This document shows positions 46,100 through 57,420 of a stretch of DNA of 64,000 nucleotides, piece after piece (within the stretch, counting starts at the first letter, position 1; every line of letters starts with the position of its first letter). The DNA lies in assembly GCA_036172245.1 (NCBI GenBank), contig JAYWIR010000031.1, positions 1,550,001 through 1,614,000 of the forward strand. Reading direction: 5' to 3'. The stretch is from Raillietiella orientalis. Taxonomy: Eukaryota. The position numbers were made by a program, and so were the translations under genes. The notes below the pieces were generated by a model. The model had not been told where the DNA came from, did no database searches, and saw only the letters and a list, made by a program, of their open reading frames with translations.

Positions 46100-48900
46100 C
46101 TGGAGGTTCCCCGTCCGCATCTGCGGCTCCCCTCTGCTGTGGAAGAAGTGCAGGATAGTGGGAGAAGGTGGCGAATGGGAAGGTCGCAGAGGCGAAGAGC
46201 ATCGTTGGTTGCACCGGAGTGAACGGCGCCGGCGGCCACTTCTCGCTGCTCTCTGAGGAGACCTTCTCCCGCCGGACGGGTGAGACAGGTCCGCAAGAAT
46301 CCGCGCCGGGACGCAAGGATCCCTGCAGGGAGAAGGGCGAAAGAAGATCTATACCGGCGAGGTCTCGAGAGAGAGGGAAGTACGGTCCAAGCGAGATGAG
46401 CGTCAGTATCCATGGAGCGCCGTGAACGCGCGGAGAGGCGGCAGCGGGTCCTCTCCGAACCACCCTCTCCTTCCCTGAAGACGGTTGCATCCTGGACACG
46501 GCACACAGATCAGGGAAGCAGTGGAATCTTCCTCGGGAGACAAGAGGATGGACCACGGGGTGAGGAGGAGGAGGAGGAGGAAGAAGACGCCTCTCAAGGG
46601 TGGACCTTCCAGAAGACCCAGCTGCTGGCCTCTGAAGCTGCGCAGAGAACGCCTGTAGACCATCAGCAGGCGGGACGCCGTCGTCAAGGACATAGAATGA
46701 GGGAGAAATGGGTCGCCCTCCTCATGACCCCTCCCTTCCTCAGGAAAGAAGCAACTCGCACCCAAGAGACCGCTGTGGGATAGCAGAAGGACGCGTCTGC
46801 AGCTGGTTCTCCTGCTCTACGGCTGCCGCGTCCGTCTCCCATGGCGTCGGCGCAGGGAGGAGAAGCGGAACTGGACAGGGGAAGAAGTGAGCGTCGACTC
46901 CGTCGACCCTTGGCGTGGTCATCCCTTCGACTCCCGGCGTCCTCGCAACCCCCAGGGTCCCCCTCCATAGGGGAACAGACGGAGACCCGGGACTGCCCAT
47001 GCCACCGCTCCTCAGTGAAGGCGCCGCCACCGCGCGATAGAATCCCGAAGCTCCTTGATGCCTTTCTGCGATGCGCCCTCAGGCCACCCGGTGGGAGAGC
47101 AAAGAACATGAGATCCAGAATCGTTTCCCCTTCCAAGCCGCAGGGAGGAGGTGGAGACTGGCCCCGAGCTCATGCGTCTGCGCGAAGATTCTGGCAGGGC
47201 AGAGGTTGCCTCCGATAGCCCATGGTGGTCTACGCTGCTCCCCTCTTTCCGAAAAGCCTCGTGGGCAGGTGGAGCCTGCAAGGGAAGGATGCGGTTTCCC
47301 CTCGTAGGCTTTACTCCTCAAAGGGCCCGTGATGCCTCCTGGAGAGCGCTCCCAGGTTGAAGCTCGCGAGGTGTGACCAGCCCGACCTCTCTCTCCCCCC
47401 CCAACCCGAAACCCACAAGTTCAGGTCTCGTCAACTGAATGTCGGGGGCTCCCACCGCTGATGACTCCGAGGTCACGGACGGCCTCCACACCTCCAGCGT
47501 CACAATGGGGAAGACTCGGGTGGTTCGTGCAGCCCCGAGAACTGTCGGGAAGGTCGGTCGCCGACGAGGCGTGGGGGGAGGAAGGGGCTCTCTCCTCACG
47601 CCAGTTCCTACGCCCGCCCTCCAGGAAGCGGGCTGTCCCAGAGGTATTTTTGTCCTTTCCCTCCAAAGAGTCTTCTCAGAAGAATCAGAAGAGACCCAGC
47701 CGGCTTCCTTGCCCAGTCCTCCAAAGGGGCCGTTACCACGGATACAACAGCGTTGTGCGATCCCTCTGGCGCTACACGGCGCTTCCCCGGAGCAAAGGAT
47801 AAGTAGAGTGGAGCATTCCCGTCTTGAGACTCGAGAGGGGACGAAGGAAAGGGTTCGGAGGGGTCTCTGAGGATTGCAGAAGACCAGAGGGCAAAAAGGG
47901 CGGGAAGCCTCGAGGTCGAGGGCCGGAAGGCTCCGTGAGCATCACCAGCTGATCAGGAGGGGAAGAGAAGGAGCTCTTCCCTCGTTCCTTTGGAGCATCC
48001 CGGAAGAGGAGGGAGGCGGACGACTCTAAAGCTCCCAGATCATCCCGACGATGATCTTGTAGGAAGGAGAGGGGAAAATGGCAGGGTCCAAAGCTCACCT
48101 GGCAGGCGACCTCATGGGCTTCTCAGCAAACCCTGAGTCCTTGGCTGGGTGAGCCCGTGGTTCCTTCCCCGGAAAGGAATGAGGAGCCTCTCGCCGGAAA
48201 AAACTGACCCATGGGCTAAGAGACCTCAGGGAGGTCATGGAGGATCCTCCGCATCCCTCCACGAGACCTGCGAACAAACTGATCAAGGACGTCCTCAGGC
48301 GCTGCTGGCGGGCGTCTCCGATAGCAGCCGGCAGTCCGGCGCCAGAGCGCTCACAAGGAGGGCGGTCCCTTTCTCGACCGTCGAGCTCCTGAGGGTGGAG
48401 ACGAGGAGAAAGATAGGCTTGACTTCTGTCCCCTCGGAGACAACGAGAAGCCTTCCTTCCGCAGGGCGGCCTCCCGCCAACGCGCCTCTCCTGGAAGCGT
48501 GGAGGAAGGAACCGTTCAGGAAGCTCGTATTCCAGGGCAAAGGACTAAGGTGGAGGTGGACTCCCGAATCGGTGCGCTGAATGGAAGCTGGAGTCCAGCT
48601 TCCATTCAGCCTCTTCCACCTCTTCCAAACACGCATTCAGGGGGTTGTCCGGAGCCCCCCAGAGGGGAGGACGAAAGAGAGTTCCCGGACTGCGTGGGCG
48701 GCACGCGATGGAGGCGGTGGTCGTGGAGACGCTTCCCTCGCCCGTTCCGAAACCAAAGAGGAAATGGGAAAAATCATGAGAAGCCAAGGGGGAGCATCTT
48801 GTGGCTGCCTCCCCTTCCCCCAGGAGGTGGCCGACGGAGACTCCAGGTCTCCCCCGACGGACGACGGCAGAGCATGCAGGAATGGTTGGTATCCAAGGCA
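46100..48900 (+). mobile_element. highly decayed Tx1/L1-like retrotransposon ORF2
   Basis: Degenerate motifs in order: QIREAVESSSGDK (~46510), GRGCLR*PM (RQGCPLSP-like, ~47200), TADD..GKTRVV (~47455-47525), GRYHGYNSVVRSLWRY (GR..INS..S..WY-like, ~47730), and a CP...C remnant (~48645-48695). Confidence 0.45.
48576..48610. repeat. perfect 35-bp quasi-palindrome
   Basis: GCTGAATGGAAGCTGGA-G-TCCAGCTTCCATTCAGC: 17-bp perfect arms with a 1-nt spacer. Confidence 0.95.
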
Positions 48901-48938
48901 AACGCGGGGGACACTTCCTTTTCGTCCCTCACTTCAGG

Positions 48939-49275
48939 GCACACGTGCATGCACCAAGCGTAGAGCGGAACTGCGTGCAGCCCTGCACACTCTGCTCTTG
49001 CGCGCGAGCACGCGAGGCCGTGAAAGAGTCGCGTGGGCGCGCTCGCGCACGCGGGGGAAGAGCACGCCCGTGCCGGATTCATCTGCGCGAGCGCACCGAG
49101 CACTGAGTGCTCACGCGTGCAGCGACGCGGTGCGCACCTGTCTGCGTATACGCAGCGCTCTACGCGCGGGTGTGCATGTGCGTATCTGAGTGAGCGTCCT
49201 TTACACACCCTGCGCGCAGGTGACTGAGCGCGGGGCGCATTCGTGGCCTGCATGCGAGCAGCGTGCACGAGTGGA
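48939..49275. other. CpG-rich nested inverted-repeat (fold-back) element
   Basis: Nested complementary pairs: 48958-48967/49156-49165, 48993-48999/49058-49064, 49002-49009/49041-49048 and 49009-49015/49029-49035. Local hairpins at 49098-49112 and 49142-49155. Confidence 0.6.
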
Positions 49276-51351
49276 AACCTGACCCCAGCCGACCCCGCCT
49301 TGCTCCTGAGACGCAGTCGGATACAGCCAGAAGCGAAGAGCCTCCCGGAAGCCTCTGGAGCACAGAGATGCTGTTCGATCTTCACGAAAGGCACCCCGAA
49401 GGAAGGGAGCCGTTTCTGAGGGTCCCCAGTCCTCGGGAAGTGCACCATTGAGGGTCTCCTAAAAGACATAACGCGGCGTGAGACAGAGCAGAGAGTGAGT
49501 TTCTGCGCAGGGAAGGAGAAGGAAGAGGAGACAAAGGAAGGAGGGAAGTGGGGAGGAAAGGAGGAAAATTGCTACGAGAGATTCCTAGACAGAGAGGGCG
49601 CTCCTCTGGAAGTTGTGCACGCGCCGATCAGATGCTGTCCGAGGGGCGCTGGACGTCCACCTGGACGGAAGGGCAGAGGTGTGGATGCGCTGCGGGCAAA
49701 GAGAGCTCCTCTCAGACTGAGCGCCCACCTCTGAGGTGGATGGAGGAGAGTTGGAAGATCGATGCGTAGAGATGGGAGAAAGACTTTTGCTGTCTTCTGC
49801 AACGATCTTTCAGCGAAAGGACGTGGCGTCCTCGGAGCGGTCTGGAGGCAGGTGAGGCAGAGCTGACCAGGTGAGTGAGTCTCTCCAAGTGTTCCCCGCA
49901 CTTGGAACCTTCTACGGCTGTCAGGCGGTCTCAGCCTGTGTCCATGGATGCGAGGGTGCACGGAAGCCCTCAGCTCCAAAAGTCGCAGATCGCTCTCGTA
50001 AGACTCGAGACAGCGAAAGGGGGAGGAAGAAAGGGGGAAATGGGGGAGGAAGTGGAGATAAATCTGTATCTAAGAGACCTTGCATCTCTCCTGCGTGGGA
50101 CGGGTGGAAAGGAGACCCATGAGGCAGCACTGGTTTATTTCGTCACGTGACCTCGGACGCCTGGAGTGCGCCTGCCCACTTCCTCGTTACATCGTCCTCT
50201 CCTTTGGGACAGTCCTGAGAAGGCAGGGGAAGGTTCTACCCTTCCAGGGCCAGCCCCGAGCATCAGGACGGTTCTTTCCTGTGCAGCAAGGCGGCAGATC
50301 TCCGAGGCGTCGTGATCTGCTGCCAAGGTCTCCGCAGCAACAGGGTGATTTGCCAACGCGTTCCGCTGCCGCACCGGCAATGAAGGGAACCCTGGAGAAG
50401 GGACTCGACGAGGGGAGATTCAGCCTACATGGGGAGGTGGTGGAAGGGGTTTCGGGTAAAGCCAGTCTTTCCGTGGATGACCCTGAGTTTGCTTCCCTGT
50501 CCATTCCGCTTATCTGCGGACGGACATACCGCCGCAGCTATCCGACGAGAAGACGCCCGAGGGGGAAAGGAGAAAACAACCGCAACAAAAAAACAAGATC
50601 TCGTCTTCCTTTCTTCCTCCTCTCAGCGGCCCTCGATCCGCGGGACAAACTCCAGCAACCAGGGGGCCTGTCGGAGTACAGAATTCCCCAGCATCCTCTC
50701 CTTGGCAAGAGAACAAGAAAGGAAGAAGTGAGGAGAGGAACATCTCCGCAGGGAGGAGCTCGGGATAAAAGAAAAAAAAAAAAGGCTCGAAGAATGGTCT
50801 AGGGTGGTCCAGGAAGGCAGGGGGAAACAAAGTATTCCTCCTCCTCAACATCATCGTCTCACTCTTCATCCGCCTCCTCACTTCCTCTTTTTCCTCTCTT
50901 GGCCTCCGTCGTCAGCTGCTCTTCCTGCCGGGCTAATGCGGAAGTCCCCGCTGTAGCCGTCGCAGGCGCGCGTGCGCGTGGCGTGCGAGGAACGCCGCGC
51001 GCGCTTCTCGACGGCGGGACTGGGAAAGAACGAGCGGGCACGCGCCACACACGAGAGAAGAGGGGCGGAAAGGGACAACGTTTCGGTCCTCTTACCACGC
51101 TCCTTCCAGTTCCAAATCGCTCCTTCCCCACCCCACCCTACCTCCCCGTCGCCCCTGGAGAATCAGGGAGGAGCAGCGAAGCCTCCCGGGCGGCGGCGGC
51201 GCACGACAGACGAAGGGCGGGCGGGCAAGCGTGGCCGCCGCCGTCGCTAGGCTACCCTCTCGCCGGCCGGAATGGCCTCTCTCGCGCGCGCGTACGCCGC
51301 GCGCGGCGACGAAGCGACGACCACCCCCAGGGCTCGCTACTTTCGCTCGCA

Positions 51352-51358
51352 TATAAAA
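51352..51358 (+). promoter_or_regulatory. TATA box of Gasp
   Basis: TATAAAA in a very GC-rich context about 130 nt upstream of the Gasp ATG. Confidence 0.65.
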
Positions 51359-51483
51359 GCTCGCAGTCTCCGCCGCGCCCACTGGACCAGCCGTCCAGTG
51401 CATGGCAACGAGGCGTGCTAGCCGAAATCCGTGACCAGGCAACGGACGGAACACACCACAGGACCCGGGCGCGTGGGAGAAAA

Positions 51484-53546
51484 ATGCATCCGCCGACCAT
51501 CCTTCTTCTCATGGCAGGGAGCTGGACCATCCTTCTGCAATCCGGTGAGCAGCGTCCCTCCCCTTCCTCTCTCCTGCACTCCCACGCCGCCGCCGCCGCC
51601 GCCACCCCTTCGCCCTACTTCCCACCTCCCTAGCAGGATCTTCCTGGATCGCTGGTGGAGGACAGAGCAGGGTCCGGCGAAGGGACTTCCTCCCGTGGCT
51701 GCGCCGACAGTGCTTCCCCGAGCTGCTCCGTCCTGAGGCGGTGGTCGGGGTTGCCCTGGAGACGCACTCCCGCGGCGGGAGGGAGGGACTCGCGACCGGA
51801 AGACGCCTCCACTGCGGGTGAACCCATCCCTATGGGCAGCGCGGAGACTAGGGTTCGCCCCTCCGCATGCTTCCCCCTCCGGGAGGCGTCCGGAGGGCGC
51901 TTTCGCTCTTCTGGCCGCCCGTTCCCCTGGTAACGGCTGGACCACTTTCTGTTGCGCAACGCCCCTCCCGGCTTGGGTTGGGAAAGCGCGCATTCCCCTT
52001 CCAGGCGTCACGCACCGCCGCCGCACCGCGCGCCTTTCGCCGCCGCCATCGCCGCCGCCGTTGCGCACTGCCACGCAACCGGACGCAAGGACGAGACCAC
52101 CCCTCCCTCCTTCCCCTAGCCGGCTGCCCAGCCACCAGGGGACGGGAAAGCCAAGCGGGAGCATCGAGGACCTCCCCTAGGGAGGAGCTGCCGACCGCGA
52201 ATCCACGCTTGATCCCTTCCCTCTCCCTCGCACTTCCCGTCAGGAGGAGTCCAGGCGCCGAAATGGGAGGGGATCATCACCCCTTTTCCTCCCCTTCTTC
52301 CCGCCCCGGGAGGCGAACGCTTCCCGGGGTGGGAAGAAGGTAGAGAGGAGGAGGAGGGTCGTCAAGGGGAGCTTCGCGACGGCGGCGGCGCTGGACTCGC
52401 CCTGAGGCGGTCGGCTGCTGATCCCCGTACCTCCCTTGCGCCTCACTTCCGGGAGACGGCGAGGCGGGCGACGAGGGCGCTCCTCTCAACTCCGCTTCCT
52501 CTCCAGAGGGCGCCTCAGAAGGGAAGGCGGGCGGCGACGCCCAGTTCGTGTGCCCCGAACCCGACGGCTTCTTCCCGCACCGCACGCAGTGCGACCTCTA
52601 CTACCGGTGCGAGGCAGGCGTCCCGGAGCTGAGGGTCTGCGGCAACGGGCTGGCCTTCGACGACACCAACAGCCGCCGGGAGAACTGCGACTACCTCTTC
52701 GCGGTGGACTGCTCCAAGCGCCCGCAGCTGGGTGTGTCCCTGCTCTAGGGTTCACTCAGGGGAGAGGGCACGGGTGGTTGGGTCCCTTCCAGAGCCTCCC
52801 GTGGGGAACGCCAAGTGCCCGCGGCTGTATGGCATCTTCGCCGACGAGAGCAGCTGCGACGTCTTCTGGAACTGCTGGAATGGGGAGGCCAACCGCTACC
52901 AGTGCGCCCCGGGTCTGGCCTTTCACCAGGAAAAGAAGGTGTGCATGTGGGCGGACCAGGTGCCCGAATGCAAGCAGGAAGGTACTCCCCCCCTCTGACC
53001 CCTTCGATGCCGTCTCTCCCTTCCCTCAGAGATAGGCAACGGGTTCCGCTGCCCTTCCCCGGAGCAGTCGTCCGTCGTGGGGACCTTCACGCGCCATCCG
53101 CACCCAGAGGATTGCCGCAAGTACTACATCTGCATCGAAGGACTGCCCCGGGAATACGGGTGCCCCCTGGGCACCGTGTACAAGATCGGGGACGACGACC
53201 AGAGCGGTTTCTGCACCGACCCGGAGGACGTTCCCGACTGGTGAGTGCCAGCGCCCGGAGGGGTCCCCCATAGTCCTCTCCCTCTCTTCTCCGCAGCGAG
53301 GACTACTACGGGGACCTCGACCTCAAGTCCCTGAAGAGGGCGCAGAATCACGCTGGCCTCTACGACTACGGCTCCTCCCAGCCCAAGAAAACCCCCAAGT
53401 CCGTGACCAGGAAGCAGACCAAGGCCACGGCGGCGGCCACCAGCCCGAAGGCCTCGTCCAGCACGGCCTCCTCCGCGAAGGAGGAGCGCTCGACCACTCT
53501 CTCGGACGAGGACTACCTGGAGTACGAGTACGTGGACGAAGTGTGA
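51484..53546 (+). CDS. Gasp: Gasp / obstructor-C (CPAP3-C): secreted protein with three peritrophin-A (ChtBD2) chitin-binding domains, about 311 aa
   Basis: Exons 51484-51544 (signal peptide MHPPTILLLMAGSWTILLQS), 52507-52731, 52793-52981, 53030-53240 and 53297-53546; 936 nt in frame. Diagnostic Gasp strings: CGNGLAFD..ENCDYL, RLYGIF..CDVFWNCWNGE..YQC..VCMWADQVPECK, HPEDCRKY.IC.EG..REYGCP.GTV.KIGD, CEDYYGDLDLKS. Confidence 0.95.
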
Positions 53547-53775
53547 GGGCGGGGGGAGCACCCATGGCCGCCGACGGTGACCAGCAGCATGTGGATGCGG
53601 CGGAAGTTTCCTCCCGACCAGACTTGGGTGCCCGCTCTCCTGCCCCCACGGAGGGTTGGGGGCGTGGTCCCGCCCCTCTGGCGCGGCAGAGACCCCTGCA
53701 CATCCCCTCGCCCTGCTCCCCCACATTCCCGCGGCACGGACGGGAAATGCCGCTATCCCAACCCGACGGGACAAC

Positions 53776-53781
53776 AATAAA
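53776..53781 (+). promoter_or_regulatory. polyadenylation signal AATAAA of Gasp
   Basis: AATAAA about 230 nt after the stop codon. Confidence 0.7.
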
Positions 53782-54299
53782 AAGGACCCTGGGCAGAGGC
53801 CCACCGAATCTGGGTACTCGGAGTAGGAAAGGGGAGGAGAACGGACAGCAGATCTTCCTCCGGGAGGGGTGAGTTCTCGTCTCTTCTTCCTTCTTCAGGT
53901 CCAGAGGGAGTCGGAGGGATCTTCGCTCTCAACAAGAGAGCGGAAAAGTCTGCATCCTCCCCGGAGGTGTCTGCTGAGGGGAAAGGAGGGTGCCGGATCC
54001 CTGGTACAGCAATCAAACACGGATCCATCCGGAGGGGCAGCATGGTTCGGAGCTCTTCTGCAGCTTCTGGGGTGGATCGAGGCGTCCCTCGACCTCTGTG
54101 CGCGGGGGCACGGGGAAGGGGGGAGGTTCCCATGGTAGTACCCTCTCTCCTCCTGCCTGATCACCACGCTCTGTCCTCAAGCTCAGAGATGGTGATCGCC
54201 TCGTAGAGACACGGATGAGAAGCAGAAGGTTGCCAGAGAAGCTCTCTGCCGGTCGGTCGGGCAGGCGCTGGTGAAGCAAGGGGAGGGAAGTAGTCAGGG

Positions 54300-55700
54300 G
54301 AAGATCTGGACCGTCCAGTCACGTTGCGCTGATAGTCGGGAAGGTCGGGGCGAGCTCGACCTCCATCGGAGACCTCCAGAAGAGACGCTTCCTGTCCGAA
54401 ACCTTCGTGGGGAAAGAAGGAAGCCTCTCTCTTTTTCCCCCTCCATCGGAAGGGCACACAGAGGAATTCAAGGGAGCACATTTGGGATCACAGCCGGAGT
54501 GTCTGGGGGGTGTGCTTCCAGCTCTGGAGCACGAGGTGGAAGAGGGAAAAGGAAGGACCTTCCAGTCCTTGCTGAGGATAAGTGGTGCTCCTCATACTAG
54601 CTGCAGCTTCCAGCAGTATGGACCGCTCTGGAGAAGAGCTCCCTCCTCGAACGGTACGTCCCATCTGAGGAAGCAGCGCCACACCGCGCCGGGGCCGAGA
54701 GGCTCCACGGTTCGTACCGCCGACGCTAGGCGACTCTGGGAGATGCGATCGCCACGACTCGGTCGCACTTTGAGCGCGTGCTGCTGTTCCCCACTTTTCC
54801 TCCTTCTCCTCCTACTGTTCATTCGACGCCAGACCCGAAGGAGGATGCGAGGCTGTGAAGACCATCGCGGGGAAGCTCTTCCCCTGTCCTCGGAATCGAC
54901 CCCCAGCTTCGCGAGAGGGAAGTCCAGAACTCCATCCGCCTGAGGAAAAACGAGATGAACCCCGCTGTGAGCTTCTCCGGGAGGATGCAGGAGCAGAGGG
55001 CTGGTCTCGCCACCTCACCCTCAGTGGATCCCTTCCGTCCTGAGAGAAGTAACGCTCGGGGTTGCTGTCGAGAACCTCGAGAGGCATCGACCGCTGTCCA
55101 TCCGCTTCCGAACTTCAGGAATCATATGGGGTTTCTGAAGATGAGCAAGCAGCTGAGCGTAAGCGCAATCTCGAGGTGTTAGATTCCTCGAGAGGTGCAG
55201 AAGCCCCTCAGGAGGGAACTCGGTCCCCTGGGGAAAACCAGGGAGCTCTTGAGAAGAGGAGCAGAAGCGGCCCAAAGGAGCGATGGAGAGCCCTCGTTGC
55301 CGCCTTGGCCGTCTCTCAGGAACCGAATCAGGCGAAAGGAAGAAGCAGGGCTCGGAGCAGACCGGACTTCAGACTCGCGAACTAGAGGAAGAGAAGTGAA
55401 ACTGGGCATCCTCGTGCAGGCGAGGAATGAAGAGAATTCGAACCACTTGGGCGAAGATCGAAACCGGAGAGCGAGTCCTCGGTTCATTTCCAGGTCCTTC
55501 ATGTTGCTGCTTCCGGGGTGGGAACTTCTCCCAACAAACATCCAATGCCGGAGCAGCCAGCGCGGGGACCACAGACTGATCGCGGATGCGAGCAGATGAC
55601 CAATTCGCGTGTCCCGAGACAACAATCCGGTTCCAGTACTCCGCCGGTTCCCGAAATTCCAGAGTCCTCTCCATGGGAGGTCGCTTCGAGCACGCGTGGA
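54300..55700 (+). mobile_element. decayed L1-like RT fragment
   Basis: PRGSTVRTADARRLWEMRSPRLGRTL (RP.T..N.D...L...L..RL-like, ~54695-54770) followed by RGIDRC..ELQESYG (AFDRV..L..YG-like, ~55080-55130). Confidence 0.35.
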
Positions 55701-57049
55701 TGGGGAAGCGTCGAGGAAGGAGGACGAACGAGATGGCATGCCTCCCTCCTCTTCGTCCTGAGGCGAGAGTGGCGCCTGGGCACCACCTCCGGGTCAGGTG
55801 TTCTCTGCAGCCCCTGGTGAGAAAAAAGGAAAAAAAGGCACTCCCACAGAGGGCAGCAGCGCCTCGGTGACCCGACTGGAAACTCACTTTGCGTGGTGGT
55901 CTCTCGGCAACTGACATGAAATTGTGAAAATGTGAAAGATAAAGATCCAAGAGAAGACTCGAGGTCGAACGAGAGAGCTCCTGAGAGAAGCAGCTGCGGG
56001 CTCAGCGTCTTCTTTCGTCCTTCTTTCCGCTCTCCCCCTCCCGCCTCCTCGGAGGGCACTCCGACATGTGGCTGTAACACATGAACACGAGCGAAGGCAC
56101 ACTTTTGTCACGTGATTCGCGGGAGCAGCTCCGAACACGGCTAGTATGCTGGGTTCAGAGATGCTGCGGTTGTGCTCAACTCGAGATCGTGCAAACCAAA
56201 GAGAAATCTCGAGCATCGCTCCAGCACCAACCATTTTTTCGTTTTGTTTTGGAAGAGGACTAAAAAGGAAAAAAAAAATGGTGACACAAGACGAGGAGAG
56301 CGACTTTTGATCCTTAGCAACCGATGCGAAGTGCCCCACCCACCCACAGACGAAGGCTCGGAAGCTCCCTCGCGTTTCCGGCTGCCAATGCTATCGTCCG
56401 CGATGGACGAGGGCCTCCCTCTCTTTACTGGTGCCTGTGCTCAGCTCTCTCATCAGGCCTTCCCTACCTGAAAGAATCTCTCTTAGCCTTTCTTATCAGA
56501 ATCTCCCGCCCGATGGGAGCTTCTCTCCCTTCCTATCCATCGTGGATCCGAACTCCCTCAAGGAACGTCAGCGTCCGTTTGGTCCGTTTGGCCAGCAGGC
56601 AAGGCTTCCAGCTGGAGTTCCCTGCGTTCGCTCGTCCCAATCATGAGAGCCGACCATGCGCCACGCGTCAACGAGGAACGAGAGCTGCATGGGAAGGGAT
56701 GCGTCTTTCGAGAGGGAAAAGGAGAAGGTGTGCAAGCTCCAGACGTGTTCGAGGCTGTGCCAAGTTCGGACATTTTCCCGGAGGGCAGCGCCTGCGCCCG
56801 ATGAACGATGACGCGTTCCCTTTTCCCGGACTTGTTTTGCTATTCTGGAAAGCGATGCTCCTCCACAGTGAGGCGGAACCGCGCCTGAAACTCCCACCGC
56901 TCTTGGACGGCTGGTCTGCGCCGCCCCGTCTGCGCGAGAATCGGACTGCCATCCCTCGAGCAGCAGCCGGAAAAAACGTTTCAGATGAATGGATGGAATT
57001 TTTTTTTTTTTTTTTCCCGCTTGCCGGAAGAAGTCATGAAGGAACGAGG

Positions 57050-57420
57050 GTGTCGAAAACAAGAGTGCTCAAGACGGGCAGTCGTGTGTTGATGATCGAT
57101 GGAAGACGTACCAAGGAGTAACCATCTTTGAGTCGATGGTTTTTGAGCCAACTCGGGAGAGTTGGACGGATGACACGGCTGCAAAGATTTTGGCCTTTCG
57201 AGCATCCACCTCGGATAATCAAACAGAAATCGAATTCAATAACGTACAATAAGATAGAACGCGATATCTGTACATCTCGCCCGGGTGGCTGTGCTACGCG
57301 GATGGTACCACGAGAGGACCAACACAGCAGATTATTGCACCTTCATGCAAGTCATTAGAGAAAATGCAGAGCATCAATCGATACTGACCATCTGCATGTC
57401 CAGTAGTAGTTTATTCGATA
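57050..57420 (+). mobile_element. RTE-clade retrotransposon 3' fragment
   Basis: TIFESMVFEPTRESWTDDTAAKILAF (57121-57198) resembles the RTE/BovB motif 'AMVFP...YGCESWT......I.AFE'. It is followed by LRGWYHERTN and QVIR. Confidence 0.55.
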
